From Marsupella aquatica (Eukaryota; Plantae; Marchantiophyta), in assembly GCA_973895155.1 (NCBI GenBank), contig OZ316893.1, positions 4,322,490-4,386,489 on the forward strand: DNA of 64,000 bases, written 5' to 3'. Below are positions 1 to 11,812 of this stretch, piece after piece. Every line of letters starts with the position of its first letter. Positions within the stretch are counted from its first letter, which is position 1. The notes under the pieces were generated by a model. It was not told the DNA's origin, did no database searches, and saw only the letters and a program-made list of their open reading frames with translations. A program made the translations under genes and the position numbers.

Positions 1-539
1 ACAGCTCATTGTGGGCCATGACCTCCCAGAATACAAGGGCTTTTGCTCAAGTTTAGAGGGCTGTTATTGCAGATAATGCCCTTGTAACAGGGCTTAATAG
101 ACTTAAAGGCCTTAAAGGTTTTTACTTTTACTATTTTCACTGAGAGTGGAGGAGAAGCTTAATGATGCCATGATCAAAATCTGGATTGTGCATTCTTCTC
201 CATATTGCACCAACAGTTACAAAGAGAAAAATTAGGAAGGGCATTAAATTCCGAAACAAGCTATATATACCATCCCTATGCATGACAGGTCAGGACTGGA
301 TGATGGATTGTTACCTGGTACTCTGGAAAGGGGGTTGGGCAAGGGTGACATTTAAGGCTTTTTGTTTTTTTGTCAAGATGGCTAATGTCAAATCTTCTGT
401 GGAAAAAGAAGATGCTTAGCTTGTTCCTTCTCTAGTTCTGGCCGGTAGATTCATTTGTGACTGTCAGATCTCTCTAGATGTAAGGACAACCTTGTCTAGA
501 TCTCCCTAATTTGAAGGATAGCTACAAAGGGTGGGAAAC

Positions 540-615
540 TGGCTAAACCTTTCCAAATTTTGCCAAAAGTGGCTAAAACCTTTCTGAATTTTGCCAAAAG
601 TGGATTAAACTTTTA
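540..615. repeat. Short degenerate tandem repeat, ~31-bp unit, ~2.5 copies
   Basis: tggctaaacctttccaaattttgccaaaag / tggctaaaacctttctgaattttgccaaaag / tggattaaactttt. Confidence 0.7.
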
Positions 616-674
616 GGTGAGTGTGGAATTTTGCAAATTTTGGCCTCAAATAAAACACTGGGTTTGGCGTTCAG

Positions 675-1021
675 TGTTGAGGAGCATAGACGGCATTCGC
701 AACGGCAAGCCCATGAACCATCCAACGCACAAGAGTCGACACAAAGAGATACGTGGTTCACCTCCACATGAGGCTACGTCCACGAGAACACACAAGAGCT
801 TTATTGCACTCTAGGTCGGCCGGCCATACAAAGCATCCCTAGCACAAGCTCTCCCTATCTCTCAACTAGCTCCGTAAGAATGAGCCTAAGTTCCACCAGG
901 GTCTGGCATCAGCCCTGGCTATATGCACAACAGCACTACCGCTAACATTAGCTAAGTCCTATCCCAAGTTAGACTAACTATAATTAGCTCATGAGTCACA
1001 AGACTAGAACAATATCTAACA
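675..1021 (-). mobile_element. Solo LTR of the copia family found at 1683-31214
   Basis: TGTTGAG...CTAACA termini. Colinear with LTR 1683-2026. TTCAG on both sides (670-674, 1022-1026). No PBS or PPT adjacent. Confidence 0.95.
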
Positions 1022-1402
1022 TTCAGGACCGTGTAGCTTAAACCATTGTCTACAGTAGACTTTTGTGTTGTATTTTTTAACCATTGAATGTATAGATTTT
1101 AGCTTTGTATAATTCCTACAGATTATGTCCTTAACTATACTAAGAAGATGAATCCCCATGGACTGAGGTTTGGGAACATGCTCCCAAGGACTTAGTGGGG
1201 CCCCTAATCGATCTTCATTATTAAAGAAGAATCCTTATTAGTCCATTGGAGTTGTATGGGTTGTGGCTATGGTACTCATGAGTAGGAGTTTCATATAGTA
1301 AAGTTTTCATGATAATATTCTAATAGCTCGATCTAAACACTTGTCTACTATAGATTTTCAAAAAAATGCGTATTGTAAAAGCTTTGGAGCAATGGATGGC
1401 AG

Positions 1403-1682
1403 TGTTAGGTATTTACTCTTATGCCTAAGGTAACGGCATGTAACCATAATTAGGCTAACTATGGTCAGAGACATGGTTAGGTTAACTAAATTGCACACTA
1501 TATACTAGGTTGTACTTGCTAGGATAAGTGGAACTAAGACTCATTGTTACGGAGCCACTTGAGAGATGATGAGAGCTTACACTGTGGAGACTTGGTATGG
1601 CTGATGGACTTAGAGTTCAGTAAAGCTCTCTTGTCTGTTCCCGTGGACGTAGCCTTATTAAGGAGGTGAACCACGTATCTCT
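1403..1682 (+). mobile_element. Older, diverged solo LTR of the same copia family, left part (split by the copia insertion)
   Basis: Starts TGTTAGG. Reverse complement of the copia LTR (e.g. ggaggtgaaccacgtatctct). Preceded by GGCAG (1398-1402). Confidence 0.85.
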
Positions 1683-2026
1683 TGTTGAGCATAGACGACA
1701 TTCGTAATGGCAAGCCCATGAACCATCCAACGCACAATAGTCGACACAGAGAGATACGTGGTTCACCTCCACATGAGGCTACGTCCACGAGAACACACAA
1801 GAGCTTTACTGCACTCTAGGCCGACCGGCCATACCAAGCATCCACAGCACAAGCTCTCCCTATCTCTCAACTAGCTCTGTAACAATGAGCCTAAGTTCCA
1901 CCAGGGTCTGGCATCAGCCCTGGCTATATGCACAACAGCACTACCACTAACCTTAGCTAGGTCCTAACCTGAGTTAGCCTAACTATGGTTAGCACAAGAG
2001 TCACAAGACTAGAGCAATATCTAACA
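1683..2026 (-). repeat. Copia 3' LTR
   Basis: TG...CA ends, direct repeat of 30871-31214, adjacent to the PPT. Confidence 0.97.
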
Positions 2027-2040
2027 AACTCCCCCTTGAC
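2027..2040 (-). promoter_or_regulatory. Copia polypurine tract
   Basis: Minus strand reads GTCAAGGGGGAGTT immediately before the 3' LTR. Confidence 0.9.
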
Positions 2041-2204
2041 TCTTGTCTTGGGGACTGGACTAAATGCTACCATATGGAATCCTCAGCGGGAAGTTCTAGA
2101 CAATCACCAAACCAGGTCTCCCCCTAAAAACCACAAGGGTTAACTAAGGGTTAACTAGAACTAAGCCGTAGCCTAACAGGAATGAGTAATCCATATACAA
2201 ATAG

Positions 2205-5200
2205 TCACACATTGCTAAATAACTCTACTTGCACTACAACTGCAAAACTTGCAAAGTAGTACGGTGTCTTGAGAAACTCTCCAAAGGAATCACTTTGGTA
2301 ATTTAGGCATCAGCGGGATTGAGCTTTCCATCAATCTTGACTAGCTCAAAAGTTTTATCAGACATTGCTTGCCTGATAAAATGGTACCTGATATCAATGT
2401 GCTTCACCCTGCTATCCATCACCTGGTTAGCAGCCAAGTGAAGAGCACTCTAACTATCACAGTTTAGAGTCATTTTTCCATGCTCTAAACCCATCTCCGC
2501 GATCAACTTATCCAACCAAATTGCTTCCTTTGCTGCTTCTGCTGCTACAACATACTCTGCTTCTGTAGTAGACTGAGATATGCACTTCTGCAAGGTAGAT
2601 TTCCAACTGATACATCCTCCTCCAAGAGTGTATACAAACCCAGTTGTAGACCTCCTTGTATCCAGACAGCCTCCATAGTCAGAATCTACATAGCCAACTA
2701 ACGTTCTATCTGATCTGTTATCAAATAGTAATCCATAGTCCTCTGTTCCCTTCAGATACCTAAGAATCCACTTCACAGCTTCCCAATGTACCTTCCCTGG
2801 ATTTGACATGAATATGCTAACCTTGCCCATCGCTAGGGCCAAGTCAGGCCTAGTACAAGTCATCAAATACATCAGACTGCCTACTGCCTTCTCATAAGGA
2901 ATCTTAGCCATCAGACCTTTCTCCACATCATCCGTAGGAGAGAAAGCCGATGATAACTTGAAATGTGAAGCTAAAGGAATACTCACTGGCTTACAGTTCT
3001 CCATGTTGAATCGTGCAAGTACTTTCCTCGCATACTGGCCTTGACTCAAGCACAACTGTCCAGTCTCAGAGTTCCTAAAAATCTCCATCCCTAAGATCCT
3101 CTTGGCCTTACCAAGATCCTTCATCCTGAATTCAACGCTCAATTTCGCCTTGAGACTGTCAACCTCAGATTGATCTTTAGCCACAATTAGCATGTCATCC
3201 ACATAGATCACCAGAATGATGAAACCAAATACATCATTCTTGACTGATTTCGTATAACACAAGGATCATACACCATCCTTGTAAAACCTTGAGCAAGCAT
3301 GAAATCATCAAACCGCTTGTTCCATTGTCTGGGAGACTACTTCAATCCATACAAGGATTTGAGCAATCTGCAAACTAAGTTCTCTTGGCCCTTCTTCATA
3401 AAGCCTAGTGGCTGTCTCATGAAGATCATCTCTTCCAAGTTGCCATAGAGAAAAGCAATAACAACATCCATCTGATCCATCACCAGATTAAAAAACACAA
3501 CAAGCTGACACAAGATCCGAATTGTGGAATACTTAGCCACCGGTGAAAAGACCTCATTGTAATCCACTCCTTTCTCCTGAGTGAACCCCTTGGCAACAAG
3601 CCTTGCCTTGTAGATCTTATCTCCACCCTCTGAAGGACTGTCCTTCAACTTGTAAATCCACTTGCTGTCCACCACTTGTTGACCTCTTGGAAGCTCCACC
3701 AGCTCCCATGTCTTGTTGTCACTCAAAGATTGCAACTCCCTCTGCATTGCTGCATTCCACTCATGCTTATGCTCTGAAGCACAAGCCTCACTATACGAAG
3801 AAGGCTCTCCTTCTTCCAAGATCAAAGCCATATCATCTTCATCAGGTGCAATGTCAATATCATCTAGCTTAGATGAGTCTGCCCATTGACCATACCTGGT
3901 AGGAGCTCTAGTAGAACGACTGGAAGTTCTTCTAGTAGATGACTCAGGCTGATCTGTTGTTGCTACTGGTTGAATTTGAGGTACCCCAGTAATAATTTGC
4001 TCCTCTTGTTCCATCATAGGAACCAGCTCCAAGCTCGGAGCTTCTCATCTCTCCTGTCATGAACTGCATCATGACTAATCTCCCCCTCAACCCGGTCCGG
4101 GATGAGAGATTTCCCCTTGTCAGTATGGGAGTCCTGAGAACTCTCCCCCTCCTTTGATGATCTGGATTCATTAAAGGACACATCTCTACTGACAATTAGC
4201 TTACAGGTTACTGGATCCCATAACCGATAACCCTTCACACCTTTCTGATAACCAAGGAAAATGCACTTCTTCGACTTGGACTCCAGCTTGGATCGAAGCT
4301 GGAAAGGTGTAAGCACATAAGCATCACATCCAAAAATCCTCAGATGTGAGTAATCTGCTGGACGCCCGTACCTCATTTCAAATGGCGTCTTGAATCCAAT
4401 AGAACTGGATGGAGAAAAATTTACCAAATAAGCTGCAGTGTTGACAGCTTCAGCCCAAAACTCATGTGGTAAGCATGATTGACTCAACATACTCCTCGAG
4501 CGGTCCAATAGTGTTCGGTTGAGTCTCTCTGAAATACCATTCTGCTGAGGAGTATAGCTTGTTGTGAGATGGCGGGTAATCCCCTCTCCTTACAATACGT
4601 TCCAAATTCACCGGAACTGTATTCACCTCCGTTATCCGATCGAAGATATCTCACCTTATTACCAGTCTGATTTTCAACTTGGGCTTTCCACTCCTTAAAA
4701 ATGGCAAAAACATCAGACTTATTGTGTAGAAAGTATATCCACACATACCTTGAGTAATCGTCAATGAACGTGACATAGTATAACCATCCAGAATGTGAGG
4801 GAGTAGGGGCGGGACCCCACACATCACTATGTACATACTCAAGTACCTCGCTGGTGTGAGTTCCAACTCCGAAGGGTTTCCTGTGCTGCTTCCCTAGCAC
4901 ACAGTGCTCACAAAATTCCAACTTACAAGATTGCAAATTAGAAAGTAATCATTTCTTCTGAAGAATAACCAAACCTTTTTCACTCATGTGGCCCAAACGG
5001 AAGTGCCACAGCCGGGCCGTCTCCTCATGAGATAAGGTTACATTGGTTTCATCATAGACTACACTGCCCTCCATAACGTATAGATTGCAATGTCTCTTTC
5101 CCTTCAATATAACTTTTATACCAGTTGAAACCTGAAGGACACCATTAGCAGAACTCCATTGATGGCCATTTGCCTCTAAAACTCCAAGTGAAATGAGATT

Positions 5201-6505
5201 TTTCATCATGCTGGGAATATGTCTCACATTCCTCAATGTTCTCACAGCACCATCAAACATCTGAAATCTTACAGATCCAAGTCCAACAACTTGACATGGG
5301 ATTCCATTTCCCATCAACACTGACCCGTTGGAAACCGTGTAAGAACTAAAACAATCTCTTCTAGAGCAAATGTGAAAAGTACATGCACTATCTAGAATCC
5401 AGTCATCACTACCTGGATTTGACACTACGTTGAGAGCATAACCTTGACATCACAATATGTCATCATCATCGAGTAAATTTACCTCATGCGAGCTTGATGC
5501 TGCGTTAGCAGAGGTAGTAGGGACCTTTACTCGACAATCCCTTTTCATGTGGCCTGGCTTGCCACAATTCCAACATGCAAGAGGCTTCCTCTCTTGCAAT
5601 TTTCCTTTGGATTTAGATCTCCCCCGTGATGTAGATCTAAACCTGTTCTGCCCATTCGTGCGCTGCATTGCTCTTCCCTTGTTCACATTGAGCGCAGTGC
5701 CAGAAGAAGATGTTGTCTGTGATTGACCCAGCTTCTTCTGAGCATCATTAGACAGTAAAGAGCTTACCACCTCATTATACGAAATGGACTTCAGATCTCT
5801 GTACAAGAGCACCTGTTTCAAGCCCTGATATGACGGCGGTAAGGAGCTTAGCAGAAGCAAGGCCTTATCCTCATCTTCAACTCATTTTCCCAGGTTTAAC
5901 AGATCAACCGCTAGACTGTCAAACTCATCCAGGTGATCCTGCATCTTGCTCCCTTCCTTGAGCCTGAGGCTCATCAAGAGAGACTTCTTGTACAGCCGGT
6001 CTGACGCATCTTCCCGGTAGTACTTCTCTCTTAGAGCCTTGAACAGTGACGCGCAATCCGCATAATCATCCAGTTGCTTGATGATGTGCGGCTTGAGATA
6101 TAGCATCACTGCATTGATAGCAATCACCTGCTCCTGTCTCCACTGTCTCACAGAAATCTCCTCCTCTCCATCATACTGCTCTCGCGAAGAGAGCAGATGA
6201 GCTAAGCCCATGGCCCAAAGAACACCCTTCACTTGCTTCTCCCACAGCAAGTAATCAGTACGACCATCGTACTTCTCCACCTCAAACTTCACTCCTCCAA
6301 ATCTAGCCATCTCCCTCTTCTTCCCCACTACCGACAGCTCTGGTAGTAGTACAGCTTCCTCCACTGCACGTCGCACCGGTGATCGTACCGGTGTTACTTG
6401 TTCCTCCTCAAACGGTAGCAGCTCCTCCTCAGACTCTCCGCCTAAACGTCGCGATCCTAAAGCTCCACCGACGCCAATTCTTCCAGTATCCTCCAAGTCA
6501 CTCAT
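2205..6505 (-). pseudogene. Copia gag-pol polyprotein disrupted by stops and frameshifts
   Basis: Gag FEVEKYDG, zinc knuckle CWNCGKPGHMKRDC, protease WILDSACTFH, integrase HFRLGH / CEHC / VHSDVWGP / LRSDNGGEY, RT YKARLVAKGF / YVDDML, RNase H GYVDSDYGG / STTEAEY. In-frame stops at ~5882, 5450, 4949, 3337 and 2450. The 3' end is approximate. Confidence 0.95.
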
Positions 6506-8034
6506 ATGAAACAATCACGAAAAAACGTCTTTTTCAAAACTTCTCACAAAACTCAAAACTCAACACCGCCGCGTAGCCCACGAAGCTAGGAGTCCAATAC
6601 TGAAATCCGAAATCAAAATCGAAATTCGACAAAAAAGTTATTTAAATTTTGGTCGGGGTGGGTAAAACCTTGGGAAACTCCCCCGTGTTGACCACCTCGG
6701 AGAATAACCAAAATACCAAATACAACCCGTCATCGGAATTGCGATGTGATCGGTGCGCCGCGTTGCTAACTCCAGTGGCAATGTCCTCACCGAAAAAGAA
6801 CCAAAAAAGTTACTGTTCGGCGGACGGAATCTTTGTCGAACGGCCAAAAAACAACTCTCTATTTTTTGGGAATATTCCCGCACAGTCCGATAGGTCTCAC
6901 AGGGGGCCGTTCCCCCTGTGGGAGCGGTTAAAACGGAGGGCGGCAGGTCCCGGCACAAGAGGAAAAGCAAGGGGAAAGAAAAAGGCTTAAAATAGGGCCC
7001 TAAAGGGGGTGCAAAGCCCCTTTAAACAAGAATACATGTAAAAGGGCCGTCATACGCACAGGGGGTATACCCGGGCGGCTGCATACGCAGCCGTGTATGC
7101 CGTATGCTAGGCCAGGGAACAAAAAAAAACTTTTGCGAGGAGGAGTGAGGGACGATCGGCGGCCGGCAGGTCGCGTGTAGAAGGAGGCAGGGCTCAAAGG
7201 GCATCGGGGCCGGCCGAAGGAAGGAAAGCACAAAAAAATTCCCCCCTAATGTAAACACAAAAATTTGCCCGGCTGCTTTGCAGCCGTGTTCATTCAAACC
7301 GGGCCAGGGGTCGGGGTGGCTACCATTGCGCTGGCCGGCGCTCCGAAAAACAGTCGTGACAAGAAGTGTGCAGGACGGGGGCGCGCGGGAGGACGTATCT
7401 GCGAGGGGAGGGTGCGGAAACGGGATGTGTATACACACTACATGTGTATACACATGGAAAAAATTAGCCCTAAAGTAACCCAGAAAAAAAATGCTAGTTA
7501 CACACCTTGCCGCCGTTTGAGACAAGGAAAGTGAATGCCGCCGACGGTAAAAAATGGCCGAATTTCACCGGCACTGTCTGCTGCTCCAGCAGAGTAGAAA
7601 TTTTTTGCCGCGACGCCTTCACTCCGCGTCAAGTGCCAATCCTGGGCTCAAAACGACCGCCTCACCGCGATCAAACCGTTGAGCCGTAGCACTTCGCATT
7701 TCTTTCACCGGGTCGAACGTCACGAAGATAAACCCGGTTCAGTTGTGAAAAAGCTCCATAGCTTGTGAAAAAACCTGAACGCCTCCGTCACTCGTCACGT
7801 CGCACTTGGTAACAACTCGGCAGCAATCCAGCAACCGAAACGACCATCTCGCTTCAACCTTCAACTTGAGCTATCATGTGTGATCCCTCCCGTATCGCAC
7901 AACTCACTGTAAACGATAAAAATTACACCGGCGATATTATAGTTTTTCTTTAGGTTTAGAAGTGTCAACTAGAGGTCAACCAAGAGTATTTAGGAAGTAG
8001 TAAGCAAGGACCAACGGTTATTCATTTTGTGGAG

Positions 8035-8640
8035 ATGACAGAAAGGCTGGAAGTAGGGGAGGCAACGATCATCTCGATTAACGGTCGTGTAGGAGTCGAG
8101 TTCTGCTATGAAGGCTGCGATGGCCTACTAGCAGATGGCAGAGTATGTGCCTTAGGCACAAGAGCTCGACAGAGAAGGCAAGGGGGGGCGAATATAGGAA
8201 CCCCTGTTAGCAGGAATCGGTTAGCTCATGAGTGTAAGTCGCTAGGAGAAGGAGTGCCTATGTTCATGTTCACTATTCGGATCAAAGAAGGAAGCTGTCG
8301 TGTATGGGATGCGGCGGGGCAACAATTGTTCAGAATGAAGGGCGAAGAGTTCCGCCAACGATTCACCACCGGCGAGGCCATCGAAGAACTCTGTAGAAAG
8401 GTCATGCGGAAGAAATGGAATCTGCTGCTAAGACGGGATAACAGCCACGATCAGCGGATTACGTGGCGATTAATCACCGCCGAACAAGTAATCGTGGCCG
8501 GCAAACCGAGCAACCCCAAGGAAGATGATAGAAGTCAGGAGGTCGAGGCACATATGGCAAGATTAACAATCGGGAGTCCGGAAGCTTCCGGATCAGGCGC
8601 AACCAAAGGGAATCGAGGAGGCCGTTGCACAGTTCAGTAA
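8035..8640 (+). CDS. LTR-encoded ~201-aa protein, RPA70 C-terminal OB-fold-like (5' LTR copy)
   Basis: Intact ORF with motif series CYEGC..C..HEC..FMFTIRIKEGSCRVWDAAGQQLFRMKGEEF..KKWNLLL. Resembles RPA1 DBD-C (YxAC..CxxC..YxLxxxIxDxTG..AEQLLGxxAEEL). Product call is by eye. Confidence 0.55.
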   Translation: MTERLEVGEATIISINGRVGVEFCYEGCDGLLADGRVCALGTRARQRRQGGANIGTPVSRNRLAHECKSLGEGVPMFMFTIRIKEGSCRVWDAAGQQLFRMKGEEFRQRFTTGEAIEELCRKVMRKKWNLLLRRDNSHDQRITWRLITAEQVIVAGKPSNPKEDDRSQEVEAHMARLTIGSPEASGSGATKGNRGGRCTVQ

Positions 8641-8966
8641 CCAGGAAGACAGAACTTCTTGACATAGTAATCAGCAGTTCTTGGCTTCCACTCATCGTTC
8701 TGGTAGGCATTAGTTAGCGTTCTTGATGAACGAGCGAAGGAGATCAAAGAGGAGGCACGAGTCGTCCAACTGTAATCGGCGCACCCCAAGAAGTAGTAGA
8801 GGCCTCGGGCAGAGACGGACACGAGGCATAGGTATTTAGAGGCTGTGGAGCGCTAGGCGCTCTGTCACTTTTTGCTAGAAGTCTGGGGGCAAGGTAGGGC
8901 TCCGCTCACCTTAGGAATGCCAGCAATTTTGTAATAGTGTCCCTACTCAGTTGAGTAGTCTTTGAG

Positions 8967-8973
8967 TATAAAG
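8967..8973 (+). promoter_or_regulatory. Putative TATA box of the gypsy LTR promoter
   Basis: TATAAAG mid-LTR, downstream of the LTR ORF, followed by a (GA)n tract. Confidence 0.5.
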
Positions 8974-9776
8974 AGAGAGTTTGGAATGAATGCAACAGAG
9001 TGAAGTCCGCACTTGAGCAGTGAATGAGAACGTCAAATCAGAGAGAGAGAGAGAGAAGGAATTTGCCTTATGCAGCAAGTCGTTACTCGTTAATCGCAAC
9101 GATGAATGAATATCGTCTCATTGCGAACCAGAACCTTACGGGCCAGCGCCTCAAGGTATAGGTTGAACAGACAGCTAGTGAGAAGCGGTGTCTGGTTGGA
9201 GATAGTGTGTTTTGAAGGCGATACACTGGTCGTCATACACCTCCATCATACAAGGGTAAACGTGATACTGGGGTACTTGCTTAGGGTAACCCTGTCATAG
9301 TCACCCACACAATCCGGAAATCAATTGCCAGGTAGGCTGATTCAAAGGACAGTCGGACTTAATCAGGTCACGGCTACTAAAAACCATGAACGCAGACAGC
9401 AGTGACGACAAGTCTTGCTCCTTGATTACCTTAAGATCACTGGAACTGTGGATCTGTTCTATCGGCACCCATCTTATTTCCTGTCAGTTACTATACGAGA
9501 ACATTCTGATTTGCTTGATCACTTACCGTGAGTGGTGTGGGTTCATTGAGATTGTGTATAGAGAGGGGTTAGTGTTGGCCGAGGCTGAAGTGCCTAAGAA
9601 GTGGAAGACGGAACTCGACATTCAAGAGCACTTGGTCGGATTCACTTACGGGGACTGTGTCGAGATAGACGGAGTGCCGCCTCTCGAAGGTCGATTAATC
9701 GTTTAAACGAGATTACTGAGGAGAAGGTAGTTAAACGGCCATTAATTGCAAGGTCGAAGTAGGCGTTTAACATTTT

Positions 9777-9794
9777 TGGCGACCATACTGGGGA
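9777..9794 (+). promoter_or_regulatory. Gypsy primer-binding site (probably tRNA-Arg type)
   Basis: TGGCGACCATACTGGGGA 4 nt after the 5' LTR. tRNA identity inferred from resemblance to TGGCGAC-type Arg PBS. Confidence 0.8.
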
Positions 9795-9890
9795 ACGCCT
9801 CGTTGGGGGTTCCGAAAGAGGAGCAAATGCTACGACCAGCAGTCCGAACCAAGAGAGAAACGCGCAAATCCAGAAAGGCGAACGGGTGAC

Positions 9891-10473
9891 ATGAACTCGC
9901 CGAAGGAGTTCTGGACGATGTTCTACTTTGAGAAGGATGCCGAAGCAGCAATCATAGCAACACTGAACGAGAAAGAGCACTCGATACTAGCCAACGGGAG
10001 AAGTAGGGCACGAGAAGGCGATGTTATGATAATTGCTTACACCACACCCACACACACAGAGTTGGTACTTTGAGAAGCGCATGGAGGAACCTAGAACGTG
10101 AGGAGGCGAGCAATTCATTTGCAATCCTCTATTCGGAGCAGCGTTTACAGCAGCGACCATGCCACCAAGTGATCGATTACCTCAAGGCTACACGCAATAC
10201 CGCCTACCCAAGAGAAAGGAGGACCTTAGAAAACTCTTAGAATGGTGTCATTGGAATTGAAATGAGTACCCGGTTGCGATAGCATTCCAGATAGGCAGAA
10301 TCGCTAGGAAATTAAGTTCTAAACTAGAGGAAACCGCAGGAGCTTGCCCAAGATGTATGATGTGGAGTCAACATGACAGTTTTGAGTTTTCTGTGTTAAA
10401 CCAGTTATTAACGATGTGCTTTAACGAGGAACTCATGGCTCCAGAAGCCTGCACTCCTAGTTTAAGCGAATAG
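9891..10473 (+). pseudogene. Degenerate extra ORF upstream of gag
   Basis: Frame from 9891, then a frame from 10081 (MEEPRT*GGEQFICNPLFGAAF...LLEWCHWN*NEYPVAIAFQIGRIARK...CPRC...) broken only by two TGA codons (likely CGA>TGA). Confidence 0.45.
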
Positions 10474-10695
10474 GAGTCATTTTGCAGAGGGCATAGCCGC
10501 AGTTGAGCAAAGGAGAGAGAGGAACTGATTAACATAAGTTATAGCATTAGACAAGTAAAGGAGACAGTAGAAGGTCTCCGTTTTTGTGAAAAGTAACGAG
10601 TAATAAGATCTTGACATCACTCTTGTAAAGAAAGACCTGATCGTTGAGTATATTGCTTGAAGGCAGAGAAAAGGCTTTGCTAACCCAGAAGATAA

Positions 10696-11812
10696 ATGGG
10701 CAAGACGCCCATCAATCCCAACGAAGGGGAAATGGCAGAGGAGTTCGAACCTTTCCAAGAAAGCAGACTCAGACTTGAGGTCAAAGAACGAATCGAGACT
10801 TCAAGGGCTCAAGATAAGGTCGAAGAACCCCTGGAAGAAGCCATGGAACGACTTAAAACCCACCAAGGAGCTGGCATTAGTTCGAGATCGGCTCCTACCA
10901 GAAGGGTTAAAATACCCATGTTCAAGGGAGCACCTGATGAAGATGCCGATACCCACTTAGCACGTTTCAAAGAAATGCTCAGAGCTAACCACGAACAGAA
11001 CGACACAGCCCGATTAGAGCTGTTTTCCAGCTCACTGGACAAGGAGGCTTTTGTATGGTACACTCAATACCCAGCTGACCATTTCAAAACTTGGCCTGAG
11101 TTTTCAAAAGAATTCTTAGATCATTACAGAAGGGCTAAGGAAGAATCTGATTTGTATAGCATTCTGCAAAACATGACTCAGAAGAAAGGAGAACCAGTAC
11201 AGAACTATATTGGACGGTTAAAGGTAACAATGAGGCGATTAACTAACAAACCGTCCGACGGGCAACGAATTAGCTGGATGAGAAAGGCTGTGAAGGGAAG
11301 TCTAGTCACAGTGGTAGAACAAAATCCCACTTCTAATGCTGACGAATACGAGAAAAGATTAATACGGCTAGAAGGCATTACTCAAATGCTTAACCAGGAA
11401 AAGAACGAGAGCAGTAAGGATGAAGAGAGGGTTAACCGGAAAACAGAACCTTCTAAGGTAGAAGTCAAGGAAAACCGAGAGCGAGGCGAGCTTAGTACGC
11501 GTAAATTCTGTGAAATACATATGAGGCCTGGACATACTACTCAGGAATGCAACCAGAATCCTTTTAAAAAGAAACCTAGCCTAGGTGTAAATCAGGTAGG
11601 AACAAGCAAACAAGATGGGGATAGGATGGAGAGTAGTCAGGGATATTACAATCCGGATCATAATGCAAACCGAAGGCCCTATAAGGATGGTGGTACTAAA
11701 TACCCACCGATTTGCTATTACTATCGACTAACTGGCCACATCAGGGGGCCCGATTGTGAATTATGGATGAAGCACATGAAAGAAAAAGAAGAAATAGCGG
11801 GGAAAGCCCCAG
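10696..11812 (+). pseudogene. Gypsy gag, N-terminal part (interrupted by the insertion at 11813)
   Basis: Retrotransposon gag motifs KIPMFKG..D..HL..F / AFVWY / TW.EF..EFL.HY / QKKGEPVQNY. Knuckle-like CEIHMRPGHTTQEC. Confidence 0.9.

Larger units (their letters stand above)
7908..9772 (+). repeat. Gypsy 5' LTR (1865 bp)
   Basis: Direct repeat of 28726-30592. About 15 substitutions plus one GA-repeat length change by eye. Confidence 0.97.

Noticed and set aside
9386-9706. 106-aa ORF present in both gypsy LTRs
   Set aside because: Presence in both is expected from LTR identity, and there is no recognisable motif.
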